A DNA stretch of 64,000 bases from an uncultured Clostridiaceae bacterium (lineage in GTDB: Bacteria; Bacillota; Clostridia; TANB77; CAG-508): NCBI GenBank assembly GCA_947647275.1, contig CANSJQ010000001.1:319046-383045 (forward strand). Reading direction: 5' to 3'. A model generated the notes under the pieces. The model saw only the letters and a program-made list of their open reading frames with translations, searched no databases and was not told where the DNA came from. Position numbers and translations under genes: made by a program. Positions 39,770 through 49,506 of this stretch are shown here, one piece after another. The stretch's first letter is position 1, and each line of letters starts with the position of its first letter.

Positions 39770-41173
39770 ATGGAATTAAAACTATACAACACCTTAACAA
39801 GACAAAAGACAGAATTTAAACCATTGGAAGAAAAAGAGGTTAAAATATATACATGTGGGCCAACAGTATATAGTTTTGCACATATAGGAAACTTTAGAGC
39901 CTATGTATTTATGGATACTTTAAGAAGAGTTTTAAAATATAATGGATATATTTTAAAACATGTAATGAATATAACTGATGTAGGACATTTAGAATCTGAT
40001 GCCGATGATGGTGAAGATAAAATGGAAAAAGCAGCTAGAAAAGAAAATAAAAATCCATATGAAATAGCAGCATTTTACACAGATATATTTTTTAGAGATA
40101 TGGGTAGACTAAATATAGAAAAACCAGAAATAGTAGCTAAAGCGACAGAACATATTGAAGAAATGATGCAATTTGTAAAAAAATTAATAGAAAATGGTTA
40201 TGCTTATGAAACATCAAAAGGTATTTATTTTGATATATCAAAATTAGATAAATACCCAATACTTTCTAATAGAAAACTAGATGATCAAATTGCAGGAGCA
40301 AGAGTTGATGTAGATATAGAAAAAAGAAATCCATATGATTTTGCGTTATGGATAAAAGCACCAGAAAATCATATTATGAAATGGGAAAGTCCATGGGGAT
40401 TATCATATCCAGGTTGGCATATAGAATGTTCTGCAATGGGAAAAAAATATTTAGGTAATGAGTTTGATATTCATACAGGTGGAGTAGACCATATACCTAC
40501 ACATCATGAAAATGAAATAGCACAAAGCAAAGGATGCACAGGCAAAGTTCCAGCAAAACGTTGGATGCATGTAGAATTTTTACAAGTTGATGGTGGAAAA
40601 ATGTCTAAAAGTTTAGGAAATACATACACTCTAGACCAACTACAAGAAAAAGGAATTGAACCATTAGCATATAAATTATTTTGTTATACAGCACATTATA
40701 GAACAAAATTAAATTTCACATTTGCAGGAGCAGAAGCTAGTGAAAAATCATTAAATAGACTTCGCCAAAGTTATTTAAAACATGAAGAATCAAATAATGA
40801 AGTAGATGACAAAATAGTAGAAGAATATTTAAACCGTTTTGTAGAAGCTATAAATGATGACTTAAATATGCCACTTGCAATGGGAATAGTATGGGAAGTT
40901 GCAAGAAATGATATAAAGTCTAATAAGTTTGCTAAATTGCTTTTAGAATTTGATAAAGTATTAGGTTTAGACTTAGTAAACACTAGAGAATATTTAGAAA
41001 AAGAAGACAAACAAGAAGTTCCAGAAGAAATACAAAAATTACTAGAAGAGAGAAAAGTCGCTAGAGAAAATAAAAATTGGGCAGAATCAGATAGGATAAG
41101 AGATTTGTTAAAAGATAAAGGCTATACAGTAAAAGACACTAAAGAAGGGCAAACAATAGAAATCATAGTATAA
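39770..41173 (+). CDS. cysS: Cysteinyl-tRNA synthetase
   Basis: HIGN (HIGH) motif, KMSKS, characteristic Zn-binding C residues. RBS aaaggag. Confidence 0.95.
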   Translation: MELKLYNTLTRQKTEFKPLEEKEVKIYTCGPTVYSFAHIGNFRAYVFMDTLRRVLKYNGYILKHVMNITDVGHLESDADDGEDKMEKAARKENKNPYEIAAFYTDIFFRDMGRLNIEKPEIVAKATEHIEEMMQFVKKLIENGYAYETSKGIYFDISKLDKYPILSNRKLDDQIAGARVDVDIEKRNPYDFALWIKAPENHIMKWESPWGLSYPGWHIECSAMGKKYLGNEFDIHTGGVDHIPTHHENEIAQSKGCTGKVPAKRWMHVEFLQVDGGKMSKSLGNTYTLDQLQEKGIEPLAYKLFCYTAHYRTKLNFTFAGAEASEKSLNRLRQSYLKHEESNNEVDDKIVEEYLNRFVEAINDDLNMPLAMGIVWEVARNDIKSNKFAKLLLEFDKVLGLDLVNTREYLEKEDKQEVPEEIQKLLEERKVARENKNWAESDRIRDLLKDKGYTVKDTKEGQTIEIIV

Positions 41174-41186
41174 AATTTAAAATAGA

Positions 41187-41240
41187 TGTATGGGTAGGCC
41201 TTGTGTCTACTAGTCATCCGAAGAAATTACTAAAATAAAA
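41187..41240 (+). repeat. REP-like element variant (tgtatgggtaggccttgtgtctac tagtcatccgaagaaattac)
   Basis: TGTATGGG head. The stem gggtaggccttgtgtctac is the reverse complement of the 49466 copy. Confidence 0.6.
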
Positions 41241-41257
41241 GAAATTTAAAATTAGTC

Positions 41258-41378
41258 ACCTTATGCATTTGTATATATTAAAATAAAAATCGAAATCTCC
41301 AGGACAAGGGGGATTCGACTGTTGAGGGTGGTCTGTTGGACTTCAATTTTGATTTTAATATATACAAACACATAATGA
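41258..41378. mobile_element. MITE-like 121-bp element, copy 2
   Basis: TIRs CACCTTATGCATTTGTATATATTAAAATAAAAATCGAAA ... TTCAATTTTGATTTTAATATATACAAACACATAATGA. Confidence 0.65.
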
Positions 41379-41425
41379 AGAGTGAATAGTACAAACCTTC
41401 AGTTTGAGAAAGGAAAAAACATAAA

Positions 41426-42463
41426 ATGCAAACCAAGGAAAATACTTTTATAAAAAAATTAATAAGTAGCATAAAAGATTTTGAAAAATACCCAGAAATG
41501 GCAGTAGAATCTTTTAGAAATGTTTGTAAATATATAGTAATGCTAATTGCGATATTTACATTAATAGTGACAGCATTATCAGTATATGATGTATCAAAAG
41601 ATATAAATAGTGGAATAGAATATTTTAAAAACGAAATACCAAATTTAAGTTTTTCAAATAATAGGTTAACAGTAGAAACAACTGAACCTATAAAAATAAC
41701 TAATATTCCAAATGTGTTTGATATGCTTATTATAGATACAAATGAATTAACTAATGAGCAAATAAATTCATATGAGTCAGAGCTAAAGAAACATAGTACA
41801 GGAGCAATACTTTTATCTGATAAAGTAATTTTGAATTTAGGAAATGGAGCTATAACATATACGTATGAAAAATTAGTACAAAGTTATAAAATACAAGATA
41901 TGACAAAAGAAACTATATTAAATTACTTATCAGGCTCTAATATGATAATGATATATGTAGGAATATATATAATGTCATATATATACTTATTTATAGCCTA
42001 TTTAATAAGCATATTTATGGATATAGTAATATTAGGAACAATAGGATATGTTACAGCACTAATAATGAGAATAAGAATAAAATTTATTGCAATGTTAAAA
42101 ATAGCAATACATTCACTTACTTTGCCTATTATTTTAAATTTATTGTATATAATAGTACAAGCATTGTTTGGATTTAAAATAAAATATTTTGAAATAATGT
42201 ATATAGCAGTTGCTTATATATATATTGTTGCATCAATTTTAATGATAAAATCAGATATAATAAAAAGAGGACAAGAACTTGCTAAAATAGTAGAAGAACA
42301 AGAAAGAGTAAAACAAGAATTAGAGAGAAAAAAAGAAGAGCAAAGACAAAAAGAGGAAGAAGAACAAAGAAAAAAGCAAGAAGAAAAAGAGAAGAAAAAG
42401 AAAGAGAAGAAGGAAAAGGAAAAAGAAGGTTTATCAGGACAGCCACAAGGTGAAAATGCATAA
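41426..42463 (+). CDS. Polytopic membrane protein with KE-rich C-terminal tail (DUF1189-like?)
   Basis: Several TM helices. C-terminal EEQRQKEEEEQRKKQEEKEKKKKEKKEKEKE low-complexity tail. Immediately upstream of ftsH. Confidence 0.4.
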   Translation: MQTKENTFIKKLISSIKDFEKYPEMAVESFRNVCKYIVMLIAIFTLIVTALSVYDVSKDINSGIEYFKNEIPNLSFSNNRLTVETTEPIKITNIPNVFDMLIIDTNELTNEQINSYESELKKHSTGAILLSDKVILNLGNGAITYTYEKLVQSYKIQDMTKETILNYLSGSNMIMIYVGIYIMSYIYLFIAYLISIFMDIVILGTIGYVTALIMRIRIKFIAMLKIAIHSLTLPIILNLLYIIVQALFGFKIKYFEIMYIAVAYIYIVASILMIKSDIIKRGQELAKIVEEQERVKQELERKKEEQRQKEEEEQRKKQEEKEKKKKEKKEKEKEGLSGQPQGENA

Positions 42464-42481
42464 AAAGAAAGGAAAAACGTA

Positions 42482-44284
42482 ATGGAAAACAATAAAGAAA
42501 ATAACAAAAAGAATAATAAATATATGATAGCAGGAATAATAGTCTCAATTGTTGTAGTAATTCTTGCTGGAATTACAGCATATTTGATGTTATCAAAAAA
42601 CAAAACTAGCGATAATAAAATACCATATACAGAATTAATTAAACAAATAACAGACGGCGAAATAGAAAAAATTGAAATGACAGTAGGAAGTACAAGCCTA
42701 AAAGTTAAAGTAAAAGGAATAGAAGAAGAAAAAACTTCAATAGTTCCAAATACACAAGCATTTATCGAACTTGTACAAGAAAAGGTAGCAGAAGGAAACA
42801 ATATAGAATTAATACAAAATCCACAAAATGCAATTATAAAGATATCTGAGACTCTATTTTCATTATTACCAACAATTGTAATTGTAGCATTATTTATAAT
42901 GGTATTTAAAATGCAAGGCTTAGGAGAAAAAGGAAAAGTATATGATGCAGAAACAAGTAAAGAAAAAATAAAATTTGATGATGTAGCAGGTTTAGATGAA
43001 GAAAAACAAGAAATGATAGAAATAGTGCAATTCTTAAAAGAGCCAGAAAAGTTCACAAAAATGGGAGCAAAAGTACCAAAAGGAGTTTTACTATATGGTA
43101 AGCCAGGAACAGGTAAGACACTAATTGCAAAAGCAATAGCAGGAGAAGCAGGAGTTCCATTTATTTCAATGAGTGGTTCTGAATTTATAGAAATGTTTGC
43201 AGGTCTTGGAGCATCAAGAGTTAGAAAATTATTTGAAAAGGCAAGAAAAGTAGCACCATGTATAGTGTTTATAGATGAAATAGATGCAATAGGTTCAAGA
43301 CGTTCTTCAGGAAATGGAGCAGAAAGTGAAAATAACCAAACTTTAAATCAACTATTAGTTGAAATGGATGGATTTGACACAAACGAAACAATAATAGTAT
43401 TAGCAGCAACAAACAGACCAGAAATGTTAGATAAAGCACTTTTAAGACCAGGAAGGTTTGATAGACAAATAACAATAAATGTTCCAGATAAACGTGGAAG
43501 AGAAGAAATATTAAAGATTCATAGTAAAGATAAAAACTTTGCAGAAAACGTAAAATTAAAAACAATTGCAGAAGATACAGCAGGTTTAACAGGTGCAGAA
43601 CTTGCAAATATTTTAAATGAAGCAGCAATTTTAGCTACTGTTAACGAACATGAAGTAATTGAACAAGAAGATATAGAAGAGGCATTTAAAAAAGTAACAA
43701 TTGGTCTTCAAAAAACAAGTAGAGTATATTCAGAAAAAGATAAAAGAATAACAGCATACCATGAAGCAGGACATGCAATAGTAAGTAGATATTTAAGTTC
43801 ACAAGAACCTGTAAAAGAAATTTCTATTATACCTAGAGGTATGGCTGGTGGTTATACAATGAACAAAACAAATGAAGATAAAAACTACATTTCAAAAACA
43901 GAAATGGAAGAAAGGCTAATTGTACTAATGGCAGGTCGTGCGGCAGAAAAAATTATAATTAATGATATTTCAACAGGAGCAAGTAATGACTTTGAAGTAG
44001 CAACAAAAATAGCAAAAGACATGGTAACATTATATGGAATGAGCGATGTAGTAGGAACAATATCAATAAACACTGAAAAAGACCCATATGAACTACAATT
44101 ATTAGGAGAAAAATATGCAGATGCCATAGGTGCAGAAGTAAAAATATTACTAGATACAGCCTACTTAAAAGCACAAACGCTAATATCAAATCATATAGAT
44201 AAATTACACGAAGTAGCACAAACATTATTAGAAAAAGAAACAATAACAGAAAGTGAGTTCGAAAGAATATTTAATGAAAATTAA
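42482..44284 (+). CDS. ftsH: ATP-dependent zinc metalloprotease FtsH
   Basis: Walker A GKPGTGKT, SRH, HEAGHA zinc motif. Confidence 0.95.
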   Translation: MENNKENNKKNNKYMIAGIIVSIVVVILAGITAYLMLSKNKTSDNKIPYTELIKQITDGEIEKIEMTVGSTSLKVKVKGIEEEKTSIVPNTQAFIELVQEKVAEGNNIELIQNPQNAIIKISETLFSLLPTIVIVALFIMVFKMQGLGEKGKVYDAETSKEKIKFDDVAGLDEEKQEMIEIVQFLKEPEKFTKMGAKVPKGVLLYGKPGTGKTLIAKAIAGEAGVPFISMSGSEFIEMFAGLGASRVRKLFEKARKVAPCIVFIDEIDAIGSRRSSGNGAESENNQTLNQLLVEMDGFDTNETIIVLAATNRPEMLDKALLRPGRFDRQITINVPDKRGREEILKIHSKDKNFAENVKLKTIAEDTAGLTGAELANILNEAAILATVNEHEVIEQEDIEEAFKKVTIGLQKTSRVYSEKDKRITAYHEAGHAIVSRYLSSQEPVKEISIIPRGMAGGYTMNKTNEDKNYISKTEMEERLIVLMAGRAAEKIIINDISTGASNDFEVATKIAKDMVTLYGMSDVVGTISINTEKDPYELQLLGEKYADAIGAEVKILLDTAYLKAQTLISNHIDKLHEVAQTLLEKETITESEFERIFNEN

Positions 44285-44287
44285 GCT

Positions 44288-44322
44288 AAAAAATTGGAGT
44301 TTTAGAACTCCAATTTTTTAGC
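44288..44322. terminator. Bidirectional terminator
   Basis: aaaaaattggagttttagaactccaatttttta. Confidence 0.75.
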
Positions 44323-45182
44323 TTAATTTAATTTCTTTCTCTTTTAAATAATCTAATAACCCACTATCACCTTTAAAATTAAATTTCAAACTATAACTAC
44401 AAAGCATTTGAGTTTTTTGATGAAATTTTTTATTTATTTCGTTTATACCATATTTACCGATCTCCAATAATAGGTAAGCCAATATGGGCAAGGTGAGCAC
44501 GTATTTGGTGAGTTCTACCAGTTTCTAAGTTTATATCTAAAATAGAAGTATTATTTTCTTTATTTTCACTTATTATTTTATATGAAGTAATAATTTTTTG
44601 ATAACCTTTTTTCGGTTCATCTGAAATATAAACTAAAGATTTTTTATTATCTTTAAATAAATATGCTTCAAGTCTTTCTTTCTTTTTCTTTGGAATTCCA
44701 TATACAGTTGCAATATAGTGCTTTTCAATTTCTTTGTTTTTAAATTTATCAAGTAAAATATGTAATGTTTCTGTATTTTTGGCAAATAAAACAAGACCAG
44801 TAGTATTTCTATCTAATCTATGACATGGATCGATAAATCCATTTATATAATCCTTACATAACGAATGTAAAGAAACTTCAGAGTTATCATTATTAGTAAC
44901 TTCTATACCAACTGGTTTATTAACTACAAGTATATTATTATCTTCAAAAACAATATCAAGAGTAAAATTATTTATACATAAAAGTTCATCTGTAATAAAC
45001 ACTTTTATTTGGTCTCCAGTGTGAACTTCTATATCTTCACTAACTCTAACATTATTAACTCTAATATCCTTTTTTCTTAAAGCTTTAAATAGAGTACCTC
45101 TCTTTAATAAAGGGAATATAGCTAATAAATATGTGCTTAACTTTTTATTATTATATTTTTCTTCAACATTCAAAATTTGCAT
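44318..45182 (-). pseudogene. RluA-family pseudouridine synthase, +1 frameshift (extra C on the coding strand, + strand G at 44449, before a GGT codon)
   Basis: Minus ORF 44454..45182 (HRLDRNTTGLVLFAKN, RTHQIRAHLAHIGLPIIGD) joins ORF 44318..44500 (GKYGINEINKKF...) once the extra base in gga gat Cgg taa is removed. Confidence 0.75.
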
Positions 45183-45280
45183 AAGCTATTAGTCTTTCCT
45201 TTCGTTAATTTAAAGTGTTTTAATAATTCTTATACTATTATAAAAGAATTAATTAAAAAAATCAAATTTTAATTATATAT

Positions 45281-45390
45281 ATGTAGGAGAGATTATTAAT
45301 CGCATGCTCTTCGAAGAAATTACCTAAAAACAATTAATATTTTGAGCAATTTCGCTGAAGTCATGGGTCATTAGGAATCGCCTCTACATT
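45281..45390. repeat. Degenerate REP-like inverted pair (tgtaggagagattattaatcgcatgctcttcgaagaaattacc ... gtcatgggtcattaggaatcgcctctaca)
   Basis: Head TGTAGGAG and inverted TGTAGAGG. Shared CTTCGAAGAAATTAC tail. Confidence 0.5.
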
Positions 45391-45532
45391 ATAAAAAATT
45401 ATAGATGTGTATATTAGAAAATCTATATAAAATAAACATAAAATTATGTAAAATTATTGATATATTAATATGAAAATGATATAATATTATCAACTTGTAA
45501 ACCAATATCATAGAAAAATGGAGGAAACAGCA

Positions 45533-45910
45533 ATGAAAAAGAAAATAATTTTGTTTTTATCTGTCCTTTTAGTAGCAATGTTTGTAACAGGCTGCTCAAC
45601 AACAACCAATCCTGAAGCATTAGAAAGGTCAAATGAAGTTGCAAATGAAATAGCCAAAAATATGGGAGAGTACAAACTTCCTGATGGATACGATATCTCT
45701 TATCGTGACTCAAAAGATACAAGCCGGTTTTATTTAAGTTCTACAACAGAACAAAAAAATACATTGATGGCAGAGTATCAAATATCAAACAAAGAAGCAG
45801 ATTTAGTGGCTTTTACAGTTGATGATGGTAAAAATGTGATATATTTTGATATAGGTGTAGTTTTATTAATAGTTGGTATTCTTATTGGATGTTATATAAT
45901 GTACAATTGA
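45533..45910 (+). CDS. Lipoprotein with C-terminal TM segment. Its promoter, RBS and signal-peptide region are duplicated from the 5251 gene.
   Basis: MKKKIILFLSVLLVAMFVTGC lipobox. About 80 nt (RBS through the lipobox) is near-identical to 5236..5320. Confidence 0.6.
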   Translation: MKKKIILFLSVLLVAMFVTGCSTTTNPEALERSNEVANEIAKNMGEYKLPDGYDISYRDSKDTSRFYLSSTTEQKNTLMAEYQISNKEADLVAFTVDDGKNVIYFDIGVVLLIVGILIGCYIMYN

Positions 45911-46075
45911 TGAAATTAAAAACAAAGATAGTAGTAAGATATATACTACTATTTTTGTTTTTAATTTTAAAATCTACAAAATAAAAAGCAAATTTTTAAA
46001 AAAACCAATTGCATTTTAAAAACATATATGGTAGAATAACATATGTTAAGAAAAACTAAGGAGAGTGTATAAAAA

Positions 46076-46324
46076 ATGGAAATAGTGAGAAATATAGTAT
46101 TAGCAATATATTTAATAGTTTGTATAGCTTTAATAATAGTAGCAACAATACAAACAAAAGATAACGATGGAGCTTCTGGAACAATTACAGGTTCTTCAAC
46201 AAATAATTTTTATGAGAAAAATAAGGGAAGAACAAAAGAAGGAAAATTAAAGAGATTAACAATAATACTAGGAGTTTTATTCGTAGTATTAGCAGTTGTA
46301 TTAGGAATACTATATGTAATATAA
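46076..46324 (+). CDS. secG: Preprotein translocase subunit SecG
   Basis: 82 aa, two TM helices with a Gly/Ser-rich connecting loop. Conserved secG-rnr-smpB neighbourhood. Confidence 0.7.
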   Translation: MEIVRNIVLAIYLIVCIALIIVATIQTKDNDGASGTITGSSTNNFYEKNKGRTKEGKLKRLTIILGVLFVVLAVVLGILYVI

Positions 46325-46345
46325 TGTGTAATTGAATAAAAAATG

Positions 46346-46402
46346 TAGGGGCTTAATCGGTAAGGAATACCCGTTAGAATTACCGAATTATGCCCTTTTT
46401 TG
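46346..46402. repeat. Terminator-like hairpin repeat, copy 2 of 3 (tgtaggggcttaatcggtaagg...taccgaattatgccctttttt)
   Basis: Carries the TGTAGGGG head, which links this family to the REP-like family. Confidence 0.7.
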
Positions 46403-46440
46403 AATAATAAGAATAATTATTTTGAAAATATATTTCACGT

Positions 46441-46560
46441 TGTGGGGGGCCGACCCATGGGTGACCTGGATTCCCATAAAATTGCTAAAATGTGTATTAT
46501 TTAAAGGTAGTTTCTTCGAAGAATGGGTCGCCGAAGGCTGCGACACCTACAGTATTTAAT
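46441..46560. repeat. REP-like inverted pair (tgtggggggccgacccatgggtgacc ... gggtcgccgaaggctgcgacacctaca)
   Basis: The right unit is the reverse complement of TGTAGGTGTCGCAGCCTTCGGCGACCCATTCTTCGAAGAAAC. Confidence 0.65.
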
Positions 46561-46592
46561 ACAGTTTTTTAAAATATTTAAGGAGAAAATAG

Positions 46593-48788
46593 ATGGAAGA
46601 AAAAGAAAAATTAATTTTAGACTTTATGTCAGAAGAAAGCTATGTTCCTATGAAAGCTAAGGAAATGGCTAGTATTTTGTGTGTTCCTAAAACAGAATAT
46701 TCAAGTTTTAGTGAAGTACTAAAAAAATTAGAGGAAGAATATAGAATTCAAAAAAATAGAAAATCTAAATATAGTTTGGTAGATTCTAACAGATATATAA
46801 CAGGTGTCTTTAGAGCTAATGAAAAGGGTTTTGGATTTGTTAAAATTAAAGATAGAGAAGATGAAGTTTATATCTCAAAAAGTCATACAAAGAATGCCTT
46901 AAATGGAGATACTGTTCTTATAGAAATATTAAAGGACGAAAAAGATAGTGGACATAGTGAAGAAGGAAAAATTATTAAAATATTAACTAGAGATAAAGAT
47001 ACTGTTGTAGGTGTTTTTATAAATAGTAAAAATTATGGTTTTGTTGTTCCAGATGATAGAAAATTAGGAACTGATATTTTTATATCTAAAAAGAATTTTG
47101 GAAAAGCACGTAATGATAGTAAGGTATTAGTAAAAATACTTAAATATCCTGAAAATGGTAAAAATGCTGAAGGTAAAGTAATAGAAGTATTAGGTAATAT
47201 TAATGAAGCAGGTGTTGATATGCTTTCATTAATTAAAGATTATAAACTTCCATACGAATTTCCAGAAGCAGTAGTAGAAGAGGCACAAAGTTATAAAGAA
47301 GAAGATATAAAAAATGATATTAAATGTAGATTAGATTTACGAGAAGAAGAAATTTTTACAATAGATGGGGAAGATGCAAAAGATTTAGATGATGCAGTTA
47401 ATGTAAAAAAATTAGAAAATGGTAATTTTGAACTTGGTGTTCATATAGCAGATGTAAGCCACTATGTAAAAGAAGATTCTAAATTAGATAAAGAAGCAAT
47501 AATACGTGGTACAAGTATATATATGTTAGATAGAGTAATACCAATGCTTCCACGTGAACTTTCAAATGGAATTTGTAGCTTAAATCAAAAGAAAGATAGA
47601 TTAACACTTTCTGTTATAATGGAAATTAATAATGAAGGACAAGTTGTATCTTCCCAAATTAAGAAAAGTGTTATAAATGTTACTAGAAGAATGAGTTATA
47701 ATGAAATTGCTACTATTTTGAAATATCTAAATAATGAAAAAAATGAAGAAAAGATAGAAAATACAAATAAAGCAAAAGAAAGAATAAATAAGTTAGAAAA
47801 AGACTTAAAACTATTAAAAGAATGCAAGCCATATTTTGAACATTTTAAACAAATGGAAGATTTAGCAAAAATATTAAAGCAAAGAAGAGAAAGACAAGGA
47901 AGTTTAAATTTAGACATTCCAGAAACTAAAATAGTGTTAGATAAAGACGGATTTGCAATAGATGTTAAAAAATATGAACTTACATTTGCAAATGAAATAA
48001 TAGAACAATTTATGCTTACAGCAAATGAAACAGTAGCTGAAACTTTTTATTGGTTAGAAGCACCTTTTATATACAGAGTACATGAAGAACCAGACGAAGA
48101 CAAAATTTTAGAATTAAATAAATTCTTATACAATTTTGGTTATAAAATAAAAGGAAGTAAAGACAACATTCACCCAAAAGCATTTGCAGAAGTATTAGAA
48201 GATATAAAAGGAAAAGAAGAAGAAAGAGTAATATCTACTTTAATATTAAGAACATTAAAAGTAGCAAGATATGAAAGTGAAAACAAAGGGCATTTTGGAA
48301 TAGCGAGCAAATATTATTGCCATTTCACATCCCCAATAAGAAGATACCCAGATTTATTTATTCATAGAGTAATTTCGAAATACCTAGCTGATAACTACAA
48401 TATAAGCGAAGAGATACTTGAAAAATATAGTGAACAAAGTACAAATTATGCTAACCAATCATCAGAAAGAGAAAAAGTAGCACAAAAAGTAGAAAGAGAT
48501 AGCATAGATATTAAAAAAGCCGAATTTATGCAAGACAAAATAGGAGAAGAATTTGAAGGAATAGTATCTAGTATAACATCATTTGGAATGTTTGTAGAAT
48601 TAGAAAGCACAGTAGAAGGTCTAATAAGATTTGAAAACTTAGGAGATGAATATTTTATATATGATGAAAATAGAAAAACTTTAACAGGAGAAAAAACAAA
48701 AATAACATATAAAATAGGAGATAAAGTAAAAATAAGAGTAATTCATGCAGACAAAATAACAAGACAGATTGATTTTGAAATAGTGTAA
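46593..48788 (+). CDS. rnr: Ribonuclease R
   Basis: HTH/cold-shock-like N-terminus, RNB catalytic domain, C-terminal S1 domain. 731 aa. Confidence 0.9.
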   Translation: MEEKEKLILDFMSEESYVPMKAKEMASILCVPKTEYSSFSEVLKKLEEEYRIQKNRKSKYSLVDSNRYITGVFRANEKGFGFVKIKDREDEVYISKSHTKNALNGDTVLIEILKDEKDSGHSEEGKIIKILTRDKDTVVGVFINSKNYGFVVPDDRKLGTDIFISKKNFGKARNDSKVLVKILKYPENGKNAEGKVIEVLGNINEAGVDMLSLIKDYKLPYEFPEAVVEEAQSYKEEDIKNDIKCRLDLREEEIFTIDGEDAKDLDDAVNVKKLENGNFELGVHIADVSHYVKEDSKLDKEAIIRGTSIYMLDRVIPMLPRELSNGICSLNQKKDRLTLSVIMEINNEGQVVSSQIKKSVINVTRRMSYNEIATILKYLNNEKNEEKIENTNKAKERINKLEKDLKLLKECKPYFEHFKQMEDLAKILKQRRERQGSLNLDIPETKIVLDKDGFAIDVKKYELTFANEIIEQFMLTANETVAETFYWLEAPFIYRVHEEPDEDKILELNKFLYNFGYKIKGSKDNIHPKAFAEVLEDIKGKEEERVISTLILRTLKVARYESENKGHFGIASKYYCHFTSPIRRYPDLFIHRVISKYLADNYNISEEILEKYSEQSTNYANQSSEREKVAQKVERDSIDIKKAEFMQDKIGEEFEGIVSSITSFGMFVELESTVEGLIRFENLGDEYFIYDENRKTLTGEKTKITYKIGDKVKIRVIHADKITRQIDFEIV

Positions 48789-48789
48789 A

Positions 48790-48828
48790 ACAAAATTGAT
48801 GGCGGAAACGCCATCAATTTTGTTACTA
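48790..48828. terminator. Bidirectional terminator between rnr and smpB
   Basis: aaaattgatggcg gaaa cgccatcaatttt. Confidence 0.75.
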
Positions 48829-49266
48829 TTACATATGTCTTTTTATATACATTTCTGCATCTTTTTTCTTCAAATCTTCACGTTTATCATAAAGTTTTTT
48901 ACCAGTTCCAATACCAAGCTCAACCTTTACAAAACTACCTTTAAAATACAAACTAATAGGAACTAAAGTATAGCCTTTTTGTTTAATTTGACCAACTAGT
49001 TTTCTAATTTCATTTTTATTTAAAAGTAATTTTCTATCTCTTAAAGGGTCTTTGTTAAAAATATTACCATGTTCATATGGGCTAATATGCATAGAATGAA
49101 TATATACCTCACCATTTTCAATACTAGCATAACTATCTTTTAAATTAACCTTACCGCTTCTAATAGATTTTATTTCTGTACCAGTCAAAACAATACCAGC
49201 CTCAACAGTATCATTAATATTATAATTATGCCTAGCAATAGGATTTTTAGCAATTAAATTAGACAT
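48829..49266 (-). CDS. smpB: SsrA-binding protein SmpB
   Basis: 145 aa with the conserved SmpB sequence ([27 protein letters not shown]). No ssrA (tmRNA) gene is adjacent, on either side. Confidence 0.95.
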   Translation of the reverse strand: MSNLIAKNPIARHNYNINDTVEAGIVLTGTEIKSIRSGKVNLKDSYASIENGEVYIHSMHISPYEHGNIFNKDPLRDRKLLLNKNEIRKLVGQIKQKGYTLVPISLYFKGSFVKVELGIGTGKKLYDKREDLKKKDAEMYIKRHM

Positions 49267-49300
49267 ATATGTACCTCTCTTTTATATTAAATATATATAT

Positions 49301-49486
49301 CGTAGGGGTCGTAGCGTTCGGCGACCCGCATCACTAAACTAATTTTTATATAGGAAAAACCAATTTAAATGTATGGGCATGGTCTCTAAGTCCATCCGAT
49401 ATGTGAACATTATAACACAAAAAGAAAAATAATAAAAGAAAAAATATAAAAATTTACTTGAATAAGGGTAGACACAAGGCCTACCC
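49301..49486. repeat. Cluster of three REP-like units (cgtaggggtcgtagcgttcggcgacccgcatcac; tgtatgggcatggtctctaagtccatccg; gggtagacacaaggcctaccc)
   Basis: Same heads and palindromes as elsewhere in the window. The third unit is the reverse complement of the stem in the 41187 copy. Confidence 0.6.
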
Positions 49487-49506
49487 TATATATTCAATAA
49501 CTATAT

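Noticed and set aside
41300-41345. tmRNA (ssrA) 5'-end-like motif GGGGGATTCGAC in the MITE core. ssrA is expected next to smpB.
   Set aside because: No tRNA-like acceptor/T-arm, no tag-peptide reading frame and no 3' CCA-proximal TpsiC motif. The motif lies inside a repeated element, and smpB is 8 kb away.
21653-49486. Integron attC sites, or IS200/IS605 terminal hairpins, as an explanation for the GC-rich palindromes
   Set aside because: No attC R''/R' core (GTTRRRY) symmetry. No integrase or TnpA/TnpB gene in the window. The elements are far shorter than IS ends. The GTAG-headed REP architecture fits better.
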